A DNA stretch of 64,000 nucleotides from Eledone cirrhosa (lineage: Eukaryota). Shown one piece after another: positions 43,732-57,767 of the stretch (its first letter is position 1; each line of letters opens with the position of its first letter). A program made the position numbers and the translations under genes. The stretch spans positions 299,770,001-299,834,000 of the forward strand of contig OZ024740.1 in the NCBI GenBank assembly GCA_964016885.1. The letters run 5' to 3'. Under the pieces are notes generated by a model, which worked only from the letters and a program-made list of their open reading frames with translations, was not told the DNA's origin and did no database searches.

Positions 43732-44687
43732 AATTGTTTCTACTTTTGGCACAAGGCCAGCTATTACCCCGGTATATTACTGGTACTTTATTTTATCGAC
43801 CCCGTAAGGATGAAAGGCAAAGTTAACCTCGGAGGGATTTGAACTAAGATCATAAAGGGAGGTAACTCTATGCTTCAAAGCATGGCGTCCAACCCTCTAC
43901 CGATACTGCCAATCCAAGTCCAATGTGAGCCAAGATAGCAGTCTAATGTGTATTGAACTCAAGGTTTTAAAATACGCTAAAAATATGATACAATGTGTAG
44001 TATAGTGAAGGAACATCCAAGAAAGCTAGTCATAAATAATTTTTCTACAAAAGGCACAAAGCCCGTAAATATGGGGGAGGGGAGATGTCGTGAATCCACC
44101 CCAGTGCATTAGTGGTGCTTTATTTTATCGACCTCGTAAGGATGTATGGCAAAGCTAACTTTGGCGGGATTTGAACACGGAACTTAAAGGGCCATAACTC
44201 TATGCTGCAAAGCATATTGCCTAACGCTCTACCGATACTGCAAATCCACCGCCCTTAGCTAGCCATAAATAATAATTTCTTATATAGGAACAAGGCCAAC
44301 TATTTTTTTGGGGGGGGGGGTCTATTAAATCGACCCCAGTGCGTAACTGCTACTTTATTTTATCGACGCCGTAAGGATTAGAGGCAAAGTTAACCTCAGC
44401 GGGATGTGAACTCAAACCATAAACCGCGCCAACTCTTTGCTGCAAAGCATGGCATCTGACTCTCTACCGATACTGCCAATCCACCGCTACTGCCATAAAT
44501 AATAAATTCTACTTTTGGCACAAGACCAGCAATTATTCCAGTGCATTACTGGTACTTTATTTTATCGACCCCGTAAGGATGAAAGGCAAAGTTAACCTCG
44601 GCGGGATTTGAACTCAGACCGTAAAGAGCCATAACTCTATGCTGCAAAGCATGGCGTCCGACCTTCTACCGATACTGCCAATCCACA
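43732..44687 (-). mobile_element. Four co-oriented full-length SINEs (43732-43915, 44038-44255, 44273-44488, 44505-44687)
   Basis: Family matches; the middle two carry an extra G-rich segment near the 3' end. Confidence 0.9.
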
Positions 44688-44868
44688 ATAATGAACGAAA
44701 ATAACAACCACAAAAGGCAAGAGGAAGAGGGAGAGAGTGAGTGAGAGGAGAGAAAAACTAGTGGGTGAGAGTGTGGGTGAGGGGAGAGGGAGGGAAGTAT
44801 AGTGAGAAAGAAGAGAGGGGAAGTACTCAATATATCTATTAGAGTTTATACTTATATATTTTGTCACT

Positions 44869-45945
44869 TATAGGCTATTGCCACTGGCAATAAATTGACC
44901 AGGTGACCTTTGGTGAATATTTATCTTTGTGTAATACTCATTTTTATTCATACCGGGAATGGAATGGCTCCCTCGTGTTTTAGCACTAATTTCCTACCGT
45001 TATGTGGTGCAGTAAACTACCGCTGAATAAACATTGACAAGTGGGATTACACTGTTTGACGAAATTTCGGATACCTTATATATTTACACTGGTGGTTGTT
45101 CCGGGAAACGTTGGTAAATACAAAATGGAATCTGCTCCAAATATACCACCTGCTTGGGTGGTTTTTGAAAAGTCATTGTAAAAAAAAAGTTTTAATCGTC
45201 TATCAGATGTTTTACCAGCGGCCTCGAGGCAATCCATAATGCTGCAAATGACGCCTTGGTCTGACTCACCGGTCTCGACCTGCTTCTCAAAATATTGTGC
45301 ATATTTCATACTGCAAGAAGATTTCCCATATTGTTAGTAATGTGTATTTGATTGTAGTGTGAATTACAACACCAACAAAGTGTTACTGATATAATATTTA
45401 AAAAAAAGAAATAGACTGTAAATTTGATTTTACATGAGTGTATACAGTATATTTCAAAATGAAATACGTGTAACTTAATGTGCACTCTTAGTAAACAGTG
45501 ATCATAAAATCAACACATTCACCAATATGGCGTCAGCCTCTTGGCCCCGGCCGACAGGATGGAGAAGGCATTACTTCGGCGGAAGTCGAGAGAGAGACCA
45601 CTGGAACAGCCAATTCACCAAGTCAGCAGCCAACTCCGCTCCGAGAGCAGTGAGCAAGAATGTGGACCAAGGGCCAAGTACGCCAGAAGTCCCCTCTACA
45701 GGCACTACCAAAAACCTGTTTCCCTAAATGACATTTAAAAGTAATTTTTTTGTTTTTCTCGTTTGAAAATCGATATTCAATGTTTGTATTTAAAATGGAT
45801 AGGGTGCTGTAATTTACTGATGAACAGAATTTGCAAAACGCTATGCATGCTAATTTCAAGAAACCGCCATCTTAATTGCCAAAAAATGTAAACGTGAACA
45901 CTTCAAGTATTGCGTCAACAACCCGGTTGTAATAAGTTGCCTATA
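44869..45945. mobile_element. Unclassified ~1.08-kb element, possibly a non-autonomous DNA transposon
   Basis: Bounded by the short inverted TATAGGC/GCCTATA; microsatellite-free, with GC-richer internal blocks and atggcg/ccgccatctt motifs. Confidence 0.35.
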
Positions 45946-46019
45946 TAATTATTTGACTTAACCAATAGATATTATAAGGACTCAATAATATTCCTTCGAA
46001 AATATCTCATCTTTTGTCC

Positions 46020-46065
<46 letters not shown>

Positions 46066-46746
46066 CATCAATAGTTTATTCACTTAGTCCATCATATTAT
46101 ACTCGTACTTAGATGGTTGTATTCCCCTGGAATTGATGCAGAGATTATATCTGTAACAATAGATGCTGCGAAAAAAGTATGAATTGATATTACTATGTTG
46201 CCACCTTACTATAGCTAGCATTACACAGTTGTCAAAACACTATCAATCTCATAAGAGGTAATGTGGTAGATGAATATGAGTTATATATAAGAGTCCTCTT
46301 ACGATCTTTACAAAATAGGTGGTCAAGATAGGTGAGGAATAACTGGACATTACAATATTGAATTTAAGTACAAATAAAAGACCAGACAGCTTTCTGGATA
46401 TAAGATCATAACATTTATTTTCAAATGTTTTCTCCTGATACATCAGGCTAATAGCATATATGCGTATGAGAATGTGTCCTTTATACAATGTGATTGTTAC
46501 TGTTATTTGCTTATGAGATTCTCATATGAATTATTTTAATGAAAAAACACGCATATATGCATACATTTATTCAAATATTTACAGACATTGGAACCCAGAG
46601 CCTGTATTTATAAATATATATATATCCATATATAGACACACACGAACAGCTTTACACACAAACAGCCATATATTTATACATACAGTATATATATATATAT
46701 GCATATAAATTCGCATACATAATTATACTAAAGTACTAATCTATGT

Positions 46747-46899
<153 letters not shown>

Positions 46900-47313
46900 T
46901 AAAACACACACACACACACTCACATATATATATAGAAATAATAAATGTGAAGACTAAAATCTTATAATATATATATATATATCTGTGTGCGTGTCTATGT
47001 GAGTGTGGGTGCATGTATGTATGTAATGTGTGTCAGTGTGAGCAGACAGATATACGTTTAGCAGTGTGTGTAAATATAATGTATTAATCAATTGCCTATA
47101 TATCAGAACTATACAATACACGATCAGAAACACACCTTCCAATAATATATGTCATACATATAAAAGTATAAGCTTATCCAGATAAAACGTCATATGCAGT
47201 CAAGACAGAAACAAGTTTTCTTGTGTATGTATCCATATGTACATGCATTTATACTTACACATACAAACACACAAATGCACGCGAACACCCACACATACAC
47301 ACACGCGCGCCCC

Positions 47314-47389
<76 letters not shown>

Positions 47390-47430
47390 CGAGACATAAG
47401 TCAATTGCATGAACTCATAATCCTTTATTT

Positions 47431-47486
47431 ACTGCTATATATATTTCGATGATAACCATTGAATGGCTATGACCTCATCAGGCAAT
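47431..47486 (-). ncRNA. Type-I hammerhead motif (same family as 54984-55231)
   Basis: attgc-CTGATGA-ggtcatagccattcaatggttatcatc-GAAA-tatata-TA-gcagt. Confidence 0.7.
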
Positions 47487-47689
47487 TAGTCAGATCTTAG
47501 ATATGACAGCTCTGTGTTTGTAGTGTTGATGGTATCAGAGCCTTGGGACATATATATATATATATATATATAAATAGTTTTACGTAGTGTAATCTAATAT
47601 GTGACTCGAGTAATATTTGCATCTTAAGAGAACATTATATAATGACATATTATTCATTATGGCAAGAATATAGTTATAATGATGTATAC

Positions 47690-47744
<55 letters not shown>

Positions 47745-47887
47745 ATATATATATATATATATATACATTCATAAAAATATATATATATGTATATATATAT
47801 GTGTATATATATATATATGCATATATATATGTATATATATATATGCTTATATATATATGTATATATATATGTATATGTATATATATA

Positions 47888-47948
<61 letters not shown>

Positions 47949-48100
47949 TTATATATAATATAATCTGAGTTTTTCGAATAATAATAATAATATTCGATTC
48001 GTTTGCAATTTTGCAAACAGCGTCTTCTTTCAAGCCATGTCAGTAGAATGAGCCCTCATTCTTGCTCATGTGACAGTATGTAAACCGACATGCAGAAACA

Positions 48101-48179
<79 letters not shown>

Positions 48180-48207
48180 ACACACACACATACACACACA
48201 CATACAC

Positions 48208-48271
<64 letters not shown>

Positions 48272-48274
48272 TAT

Positions 48275-48830
48275 ATAGTTATAGGAATAACCAAAGAGTG
48301 CTTAGTAATACATTCTTTTATTAACTAACAGTGTTTCATCCATACAGCATGGCAGGAATCTTCAGAGCCTATAAACATGAGTATATCAATGGTTCGTGCT
48401 CCATCGAGCTGCGTCACCAGACAAGGTTAAACGACCAGCAGGGGGGTCCCGAGGTTAGCGCTATATGGAAAAAGTCAGAATACATGATGCACATAATGCA
48501 TAAAATGTCTTAAAAATTAAAAATTAAAAATTACACCAAACATTTACCACTTAGATGGTGCAATAGATGATAAAGTGTTTGGGAGAGGGTAACAAGGGAT
48601 GAGTCAGGGTATTACTCAGCATGATCAGAAACAATAAGAAAATAACAAAAAATAAATAAATAAATAAAAAGTACAAACATACAGGGATAAGAAAAGAGAT
48701 AAATACAAAGGTACAAAACAATAAAGGAACAAAAAGCCCGGAGACCCCCCCCCAAAAAAAATATATAAGACAAAGCAAAGCATAGATGCATTAAAGCACA
48801 AGCAGTGCAAAAAGAGGGTGTACAGGCAGA
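48275..48830 (-). mobile_element. Hammerhead-bearing pLTR-like element; second copy at 60552-60920
   Basis: Shared taggaataaccaaagagtgcttag...cagagcctataaaca; hammerhead gct-CTGAAGA...GAAA-cactg-TT-agt at 48324-48368. Confidence 0.65.
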
Positions 48831-48905
48831 TCAAGAGAGTTTGCAGGCTGTCATACCTAGAGCAATATATCTACATGTTTGGGCATATTGATATACTTGT
48901 CAACG

Positions 48906-48941
<36 letters not shown>

Positions 48942-49704
48942 GGGTGTGTAGATACCGAGTTATATCCGGGAAAACCGCAGTGATTAATATACTCAATACA
49001 TTAGTAAAGTGTGTATATTATTTAATGTAGAAATGGCTTCTACGGGATTAGAACTGTTTCATTCCTATGAAGTTATCAGTAATAGGTCTAATCCTGTAGA
49101 CGCTATTTCTACATTAAATAATTGTTTCTACTTTTGGCACAAGGCCAGCAATTAACAAGTACATTACTGGTACCTTATAATAATTTCTATATATATATAT
49201 ATGTGTGTGTGTGTCTGTCTGTGTGTATGTGTGTGTGTGTGTGTCTGTCTGTGTGTATGTGTGTGTGTGCGTGTGAGCGTGTGCATTTGTGTGTTTGTGT
49301 AAGTGAGTTTGTATGTGTATATATAGATATATCAATGCATGCGGTCCCACATATAAGACGAAGCCATAGTAGATGGCTAACACAACACAACACTCTCCCT
49401 ATCTCCATCCAATAGTTAAACAGCTGTGCACTTCTGACAAATGAAGCCGAATCAACTCAAAATATTTATATTGATTTATATAATATACCTAATTAGGTGA
49501 ATTCATATGATAGATTACTTGTCATTTTCTAATCCATTTTTGCAGACATCATATGTAAAAACGAACATATGCAATCATTTAAACACACACAGACACACAC
49601 ACAGACACACACACACTCACACAGACACACACACATATATATAAACATATATATATATATGAAAATATATATATATGTTTATATACATACATGCATACAT
49701 ACAT

Positions 49705-50520
<816 letters not shown>

Positions 50521-50769
50521 TCCGCTGTCCCTGCCCTACAAAGGAATGTGGTGATGTATCAACGTGCCCCAGGCAACGCCTACGCTAAGCCAAACATATA
50601 TGTCAATGGCCAGAGATAGAGTCACTTGCGGAAGACATCTTAAAGAGCTGGAGCAATTTCACCAACAGTGTCTTCGACGTATACAGAGCATCCAGTGAAA
50701 AGTGAATGCGAGTGGCAGTAAAGTCCTCGAATTCAGCCGGACCGCCAGTATTGAGTCTCTTGTATTTCA

Positions 50770-51140
50770 GCATTGATTAAGATGGAGTGGTCATGTAGCG
50801 AGAATCGATGATGATCGCATTCATAGGAAGTTCCAGTATAATGAGGCGATCGAAGGTAAACAACCGGCGAACAAACAAAAATTGATTTACAGGGGTTGAA
50901 TTAAAACCACAGAGAGTGAGATGGTGATATCGGAGAATGATTGGGACTACCGCGCTCAAGATGGACCTTCCTAGAGGAAGGCAGCCCATGATGGGAAGGA
51001 AGAATTTGAAAGAAACCATGTTGAGCATGAGCACTTCAAGCGTTGTACTTGTAAGTGACTTGAGGTTGGTTTGCCTGGGTATAGGGTATCTTGGCATGCA
51101 GATTCATCTAAGCTGTCAAGACTGTGGTTATATTTAAATA
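50770..51140 (-). mobile_element. Penelope-like GIY-YIG endonuclease remnant
   Basis: Frameshifted; retains 'FDRLIILE' resembling the GIY-YIG C-terminal RL.ILE motif. Confidence 0.45.
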
Positions 51141-51264
51141 GGGCGGACCTTGGACGTCATCGGACAATACATCTACAAGGGTTCACTGTTAACAGTGCAA
51201 TATATGGTATTTCTCAATATATTCATTTACACATGTATGTATGTATATAAGTATATAATATATT

Positions 51265-52570
51265 GTGTTCTTCCTCTACCTCTAGTTCGACGAGCCAGGG
51301 GACATCTTAAGCCAATGATCGTAGATCCATCATCGTGCATACAGCTGACCAGGTTCACCAGCAGCCTCCATCGCTAGCGGTCCCATACCAGCTCCTCCGC
51401 ATCGTCCATGGGGCTATCGAACCTCCGGAGATCTTCCCTGATGGCATCCTGCGATTTGGTAAGTGGGCCAGCCGTGTGACCTCTTCCAGCCTGAACCTTC
51501 TGTGTTGAACGAGAGTAAGGCCCTGGAAGGATGTTCTAATGGAAAGCGGAGTATATATCCATAACAGCACGTGTGGCAAATAGCTATGCAGCGGGAATCT
51601 GTGGGCTGATACGGGCGCGCACGCAACATTATGTTGCAAATGCGGTAATGACATCTGATGTTTTTGATGGTACTTAGGTTACTGCTATTGAATTTGTCCA
51701 TCATCTTTACGAGGATCATTGTGAGTGACCACGTCTCTGCTCCATAGAGGAGAACGGAGATGACCAACGCGTTGCAAATACAGAGCTTCGTATTCTAGGA
51801 GCTTCTGCAGTGGCGTCAAAGGGGATTCCATAGGGAGTACATGACTCCGGAAGCCAAGCCTACAGTAGGTCTCCATTGTTGGTGACAGATGAGCCCACGT
51901 AGGAAGTAACTGACAAACCCCACGACGTCAGGTCCAGTATGAGACGGAGGAGGGTGTGGGCCATTGCCAACATGAATCAGCTTTGTATTCGCCCAGCTTA
52001 CCTGAAAGTCAAGCTTTGCTAATTCCTCCCTGTATATGGCCTGGCGTTTCTGAGCTAATTGATAGAGTTGCTGAATAGGGTGATGTTGTCTGGGTACTCC
52101 AGGTCGGTTAGCTGTTAATTCCTGAAGGTAACTTAAGAAACTTACAGACCTTGGTCATCAGATGACACAGTTGAAGAGTTGAAACCGGTCTTTATGGGAA
52201 ACCAGTGGGAGTCCTCGTTCATCCACACGCAACTTTCGGAATTGCTGTAGAACCCTTGGAATAGTGTGGTGATCATCGTTAGCGAGTCAAAGGCTGGAGA
52301 AATGTCCAGAGGGATGGGTAGTCGACCATGTCGAAAGACCGATTGAGGTCAACGAAGGTGACGTAGAGGTAGTGATCTCTACGAAACTCTCGAGATCTTT
52401 CAATAATAAGGTGGAGTGCAGAAATGTGGTCGGCATGGTTCCGGCTTGTGTTTGGCGACGTCTGCTTCTAATGGTGAGAAGAGCAGGGTTGAGTAGGATC
52501 TTGGTGAAGACCACGCTTGGAATGGAAAGAGGTTTCGCACCCGTAACCTGGGTTAGTTCCAGGTTGTTAC
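51265..52570 (-). mobile_element. RTE-like LINE reverse transcriptase and 3' end, pseudogenised
   Basis: 'LTDLEYPDNITL' (decayed YADD), 'LDFQVSWANTKL', 'LVISVLLYGAETWSL', 'GWKRSHGWP'. It lies upstream of the APE piece at 49818-50520 on the - strand, so it is a separate insertion. Confidence 0.85.
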
Positions 52571-53084
52571 GCCAAGCGTACACATGTACATTTGTAATGG
52601 AGATATTAATTACAGGCGGGGACAGACGGCTGAGATCTTGCCGTTTGGACAGCTAATTCCAATGTGGAAGTATCTGTCCACACGGCAAGACGCAACCCTT
52701 TTTAATGTAGTCATACTCAACTATCTCAGCTATCGACTACTTTGATCAAAAATGATCTTACTAGTTCAATATAGGTTCTATCGAGATATACATACATACG
52801 TACATACATATATACACACAACACACACATACCCCCCCCCCCCACACACACACTTATATATATATATAGTTACACACGCGCTCATAAATACTATGTATAG
52901 TCTGCGCAGTAGATATAATATTTATGTTATGTGAAATTATACATAATTCATTTTATCTTAGACAAAATAAAAAAATATTCGATTAATACTTTGATTAATG
53001 TAAGAATTTTACAATGTAATATACATCACATGCGCACAGTGCTGATAGGACAGACAAAAACATACATACACAAATCTCGTTCAC

Positions 53085-53143
<59 letters not shown>

Positions 53144-53299
53144 ATATATACATATATATATACACGCACACTCACAGACACCTATACGCTCACATACACA
53201 CACGCACACTCACACGTACACACACAGACACACGCGCACATATATATATATATGATTAAACAGTCGGAGGGATATATACGTATTTGGTATCGCGCTCAG

Positions 53300-53888
53300 T
53301 ACAATGACGCATTCGGTATAGAGTTAGATCCGCATAAAATTAGCTAATCATAGTTGAGACGACTTGTTTCACCCGAAGGATTCTTCAACTCATGTATGGT
53401 TATAGGGAGAACGGAAGTATACATGAGCTGGCTGGATTCTGCTCGGCTGTTGTCGATATTTGAATGAAAAGGGACAGGACTCAATTAGTCATTTGTAGGG
53501 AGACAACTTATAAAGAACGATCGATTGTGTTTGTCCAGTCCTTATTAATCTTATATTCATCCTGAGTCCTTCTAGTTGCGTAATAGTACTTGCCTTAAAA
53601 CAAGAGCCGAGTTTTATCGTTGCTCTTATGCTGCAATTTTCTATTACTAACTGGAAGCACTTAGAATAACCAGAATTTTAACCCTGACTGAAGTATAACT
53701 AACGATAGTTCCTCAAATGTGGTCTTCCCTACAATAGTCTAATTGAAATTTCTCACTAATCATTCAACAAACCGATATCTACCCTGCAGAATCCGTTGTC
53801 ACTATAACAATACACGAGTGAAGAATCCTTCGGGTGAAACACTTGTTCTCAGTTATGGTTTTCTAATTTGTTGTGGTACTAGCTCTCT
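53300..53888. mobile_element. Element with inverted ends, each holding a degenerate hammerhead (53356-53391 -, 53816-53850 +)
   Basis: gag-(T)TGAAGA-atcc ttcg ggt-GAAA-ca...ctc on both strands; UUCG-capped stem II. Confidence 0.55.
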
Positions 53889-53903
53889 CCCTCTCTCTCT
53901 CTA

Positions 53904-53935
<32 letters not shown>

Positions 53936-53995
53936 CATATATATGAAAGTGTTTAACCCCGACGGCAGAGATCAAGCCGTTTCGACGGCTATTTC

Positions 53996-54058
<63 letters not shown>

Positions 54059-54174
54059 GACGAAATGCTTCTCTATATTTTCTTCGGAAAGTATATTTAT
54101 TCCATTTCAGAAACTAATTAGTTGGGAGTGAAATTTTAGTAAGTAAGTTAATTTTATAATTTTCTTATTTTACG

Positions 54175-54212
<38 letters not shown>

Positions 54213-54266
54213 CGTTTCTGAATTTGTTTAGCAAGATTCTTTATCTGAAAACGTGTTTTGAAACCG

Positions 54267-54416
54267 ATATTGTTATACTTTGGGAGAGTCATGTTGCCAA
54301 TAAAAAACACACGCAACAGTTGCTTTCACTTAAATTTATTATAATAAATTGAATTGAAAGCAACTGGTGCGTGTGTTTCTTATTGGCAACATGACTCTCC
54401 CAAAGTATAACAATAT
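54267..54416. repeat. 150-bp near-perfect palindrome
   Basis: atattgttatactttgggagagtcatgttgccaataa... / ...ttattggcaacatgactctcccaaagtataacaatat. Confidence 0.95.
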
Positions 54417-54454
54417 ATATGTAATGTAATCTGAGTTTTTCGAATAATAATAAT

Positions 54455-54763
54455 TATTTTTATTTTGGCACAAGGCCAGCAATTAACCAGTGCATTACTG
54501 GTACTTTATTTTATCGACCCCGTAAGGATGAAAGGCAAAGTTAACCACGGCGGGATTTAATCTTAATAATATTAATAATAATTGTTTCTACTTTAGGCAC
54601 AAGGCCAGCAACTACCCAGTGCATCACTGGTACTTTATTTTATCGACCCCGTAAGGATGAAAGGCAAAGTCAACCTCGGCGGGATTTGAACTGAGATTGT
54701 AAAGGCACGTAACTATGCTGGAAAGCATGGCGTCCGACCCTCTACCGATACTGCCAATGCACC
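54455..54763 (-). mobile_element. Two SINE copies nested in the (AAT) tract of another repeat
   Basis: They split taatctgagtttttcgaataataat / aataacattcgattcgtttgcaatt, which is contiguous at 47962-48010 and 59137-59186. Confidence 0.85.
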
Positions 54764-54943
54764 ATAATAACATTCGATTCGTTTGCAATTATGCAAACAA
54801 GTCCAGAAATAGCCATCGAAACGGCTTGAGCTCTGCCGTCGGGGTTAAACACATTCCTATTACCCACTCTACTACCCTAAGTATTGAGTACTCTGGTGCG
54901 TTATGGTCCATCTGGGTCCTTTGTTATATATATATAAAAATAA

Positions 54944-55269
54944 TTCAAACATGTTAATTTTAGATTCGTTTATTATAATTCTTTGCTAATATTTCAGTGA
55001 CAGCCATTATTGGCTGTGACCTCATCAAGCAGTACATATTAATGTAGAAAAAGCAGGTAGACATGGTGTTGTAATGTGTCCCACTCTGTCAATTCATCGA
55101 TATGACCGGCTCCTGGGTGTGTTGTTAGTCCTCAAATAAACTGGAATCATATCCATGTCTTTTCTACATTAATTCGTACTGCCTGATGAGGTCACAGACA
55201 ATAATGGCTGTCACTGAAATATATATAGTATGGAATTATAATAAATGAAACAAAAATTAATATGTTTGA
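54944..55269. mobile_element. Fold-back element with hammerheads in both arms (54984-55031 -, 55177-55231 +)
   Basis: tgc-CTGATGA-ggtcacag.caataatggctgtcact-GAAA-tat...TA; the - strand copy has core TTGATGA. Confidence 0.75.
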
Positions 55270-55617
55270 CTTCCCTATTTTTCTTTACTCTGGAGTAAAC
55301 AAACCAACCTGCGTACTTCGTCGAGTGCTCCAACCTGCATATTGAGGTGTTGGTAAACAACCAACACATACAAGAAAAAAAAATATATATGTATATAGGA
55401 ATTAGGATAGAACCAGTGTTTCAAACTAGTTACGTCATTATACAACAGAGTTCTCGATACTTGGGGTTGACGAGTATGGCTATATTATAACAAATCGTTC
55501 CTTGCTGAAATCCACTAACCGGTTCTTGTGTCGGATCTGCTTTTGCTTTATCTTCTATTCAACAATCACACGTTATTTTCGAATATATATATATTTATAT
55601 ATATATATATATATACA

Positions 55618-55670
<53 letters not shown>

Positions 55671-55968
55671 ATACAATAAAGTATGTCAATATAATCATTT
55701 GATAAAATATATACACTATCTCCTCTCCCAATCACCATAATCTACCACACAAAAAAACAATTAAACAAGGCTATAAGATTAAGAGGCCCCTATGAAGAAA
55801 TAATAGATAAATAAACGACAGCTACCAATCCGCGATCTTAAGCTATACAATATTTACCCAGCATTTCTAATAGCACGTGGAAATCGATTAAATATATCGT
55901 CAACCATACACAATTAGTTATAAACTGAAAGTTAGAAGAAAAAATGTATATAAGCATACCAAAATTAT

Positions 55969-56051
55969 GTTTCTACCCCAAGAGGTTTCATTCGCTTTTT
56001 GGAAATATCCGATCAAGGATAAATTCACGAGTTTCGAAATCATCAGGAAAC
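55969..56051 (-). ncRNA. Type-I hammerhead with extended stem II
   Basis: gtttc-CTGATGA-tttcg...cgaat-GAAA-cctcttgggg-TA-gaaac; perfect 5-bp helix I. The host element is related to 24145-24420. Confidence 0.7.
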
Positions 56052-56151
56052 AAACTCACTTGGCCGAAGATTATTCTTAAATGATCCCCGCCAGAAACGA
56101 ATTGAAAATGGCTAACAACTGTGACGTGGCATATTACATTATATATATTAC

Positions 56152-56239
<88 letters not shown>

Positions 56240-56240
<1 letters not shown>

Positions 56241-57409
56241 TAGATAATTTAATATATCTACTAACGTAAGCGCACAGATGTACGCTAATGCCAGCAAATA
56301 CACAGGTTATGTCGTAGTACCTAGGTGGTTCAATGCAGGAGGATGCAGAACAATAATATAAAAGACGTAAAATAAGAAAATTTAAAAAAAAAATTTTTTT
56401 TTAAATTAACTTACTTAAATTTTCACTCCAACTAATTAGTTTCTGCAATGGGATAAAGACAGTTACATAATGAACTGTTGAGAATTTCATTGCGTTATCA
56501 GGGAGATCAGCCAAGTCTCCAGGCAATGCGCGGACACTGGGGACTCATATAAAAATAATAATAATTCGGTAAATGGAACAGCTATCGAGGACTGGATTCC
56601 AGGCACTGAAAATTCTCACTGCCACTGGTCAGATGGCCGATTCTAAAGAATCAATCATGTGACACAGAGGCTAGTCAGTAGGAATGGGATGGTAAGATGA
56701 CAGACGCCTACTAACACCCCCCAAAAAAATTTAGAAGTGGTTTTGGCAGGTTTGCTCGACAAATCAGTGATTTGGAGATAAATATAGATAATTTAATATA
56801 TCTACTAACATAAGCGCACAGATGTACGCTAATGCCAGCTTTTCTTATTTTACGTCTTTTATATTATTGTTCTGCATCCTCCTGCATTGAACCACCTAGG
56901 TACTATGACATAACCTGTGTATTTGCTGGCATTAGCGTACATCTGTGCGCTTATGTTAGTAGATATATTAAATTATCTATATTTATCTCCAAATCACTGA
57001 TTTGTCGAGCAAACCTGCCAAAACCACTTCTAAATTTTTTTTGGGGTGTTAGTAGGCGTCTGTCATCTTACCATCCCATTCCTACTGACTAGCCTCTGTG
57101 TCACGTGATTGATTCTTTAGAATCGGCCATCTGACCAGTGGCAGTGAGAATTTTCAGTGCCTGGAATCCAGTCCTCGATAGCTGTTCCATTTACCGAATT
57201 ATTATTATTTTTATACGAGTCCCCAGTGGCCGCGCATTGCCTGGAGACTTGGCTGAGAATAGATCTCCCTGATAACACAATGAAATTCTCAACAGTTCAT
57301 TATGTAACTGTCTTTATCCCATTGCAGAAACTAATTAGTTGGAGTGAAAATTTAAGTAAGTTAATATTTTAAAAAAAATTGTTTTAAAATGTTCTTATTT
57401 TAGCTCTTT

Positions 57410-57410
<1 letters not shown>
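56240..57410. mobile_element. 1.17-kb inverted duplication of a ~545-bp terminally redundant unit, flanked by (TA)n
   Basis: 56240-56839 begins and ends with gataatttaatatatctactaac.taagcgcacagatgtacgctaatgccagc; 56840-57410 is a circularly permuted reverse complement of the same unit. Confidence 0.9.
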
Positions 57411-57445
<35 letters not shown>

Positions 57446-57477
57446 AATGTAATCTGAGCTTTTCGAATATTAATAAT

Positions 57478-57693
57478 GGTTTCTTATATACACACAAGGC
57501 CACCAATTTGGGGGGAGGGTAAAGTCGATTAAATCGACCCCAGAACCTGACTGGTACTTTATTTTATCGACCCCGTAAGGATGGAAGCAAAGGTAACCTC
57601 GGCGGGATTAACGTTGCCTTTCATCCTTAAGGGCTCGAAAAATAAAGTACCACTCACGTACTGGGGTCGATTTAATCGACTTTCCCCTCCCCC
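57478..57693. mobile_element. Inverted SINE pair (longer variant) forming a hairpin
   Basis: ggggagggtaaagtcgattaaatcgacccc... versus ...ggggtcgatttaatcgactttcccctcccc. Confidence 0.85.
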
Positions 57694-57704
57694 AGATTAC
57701 ATTA

Positions 57705-57764
<60 letters not shown>

Positions 57765-57767
<3 letters not shown>

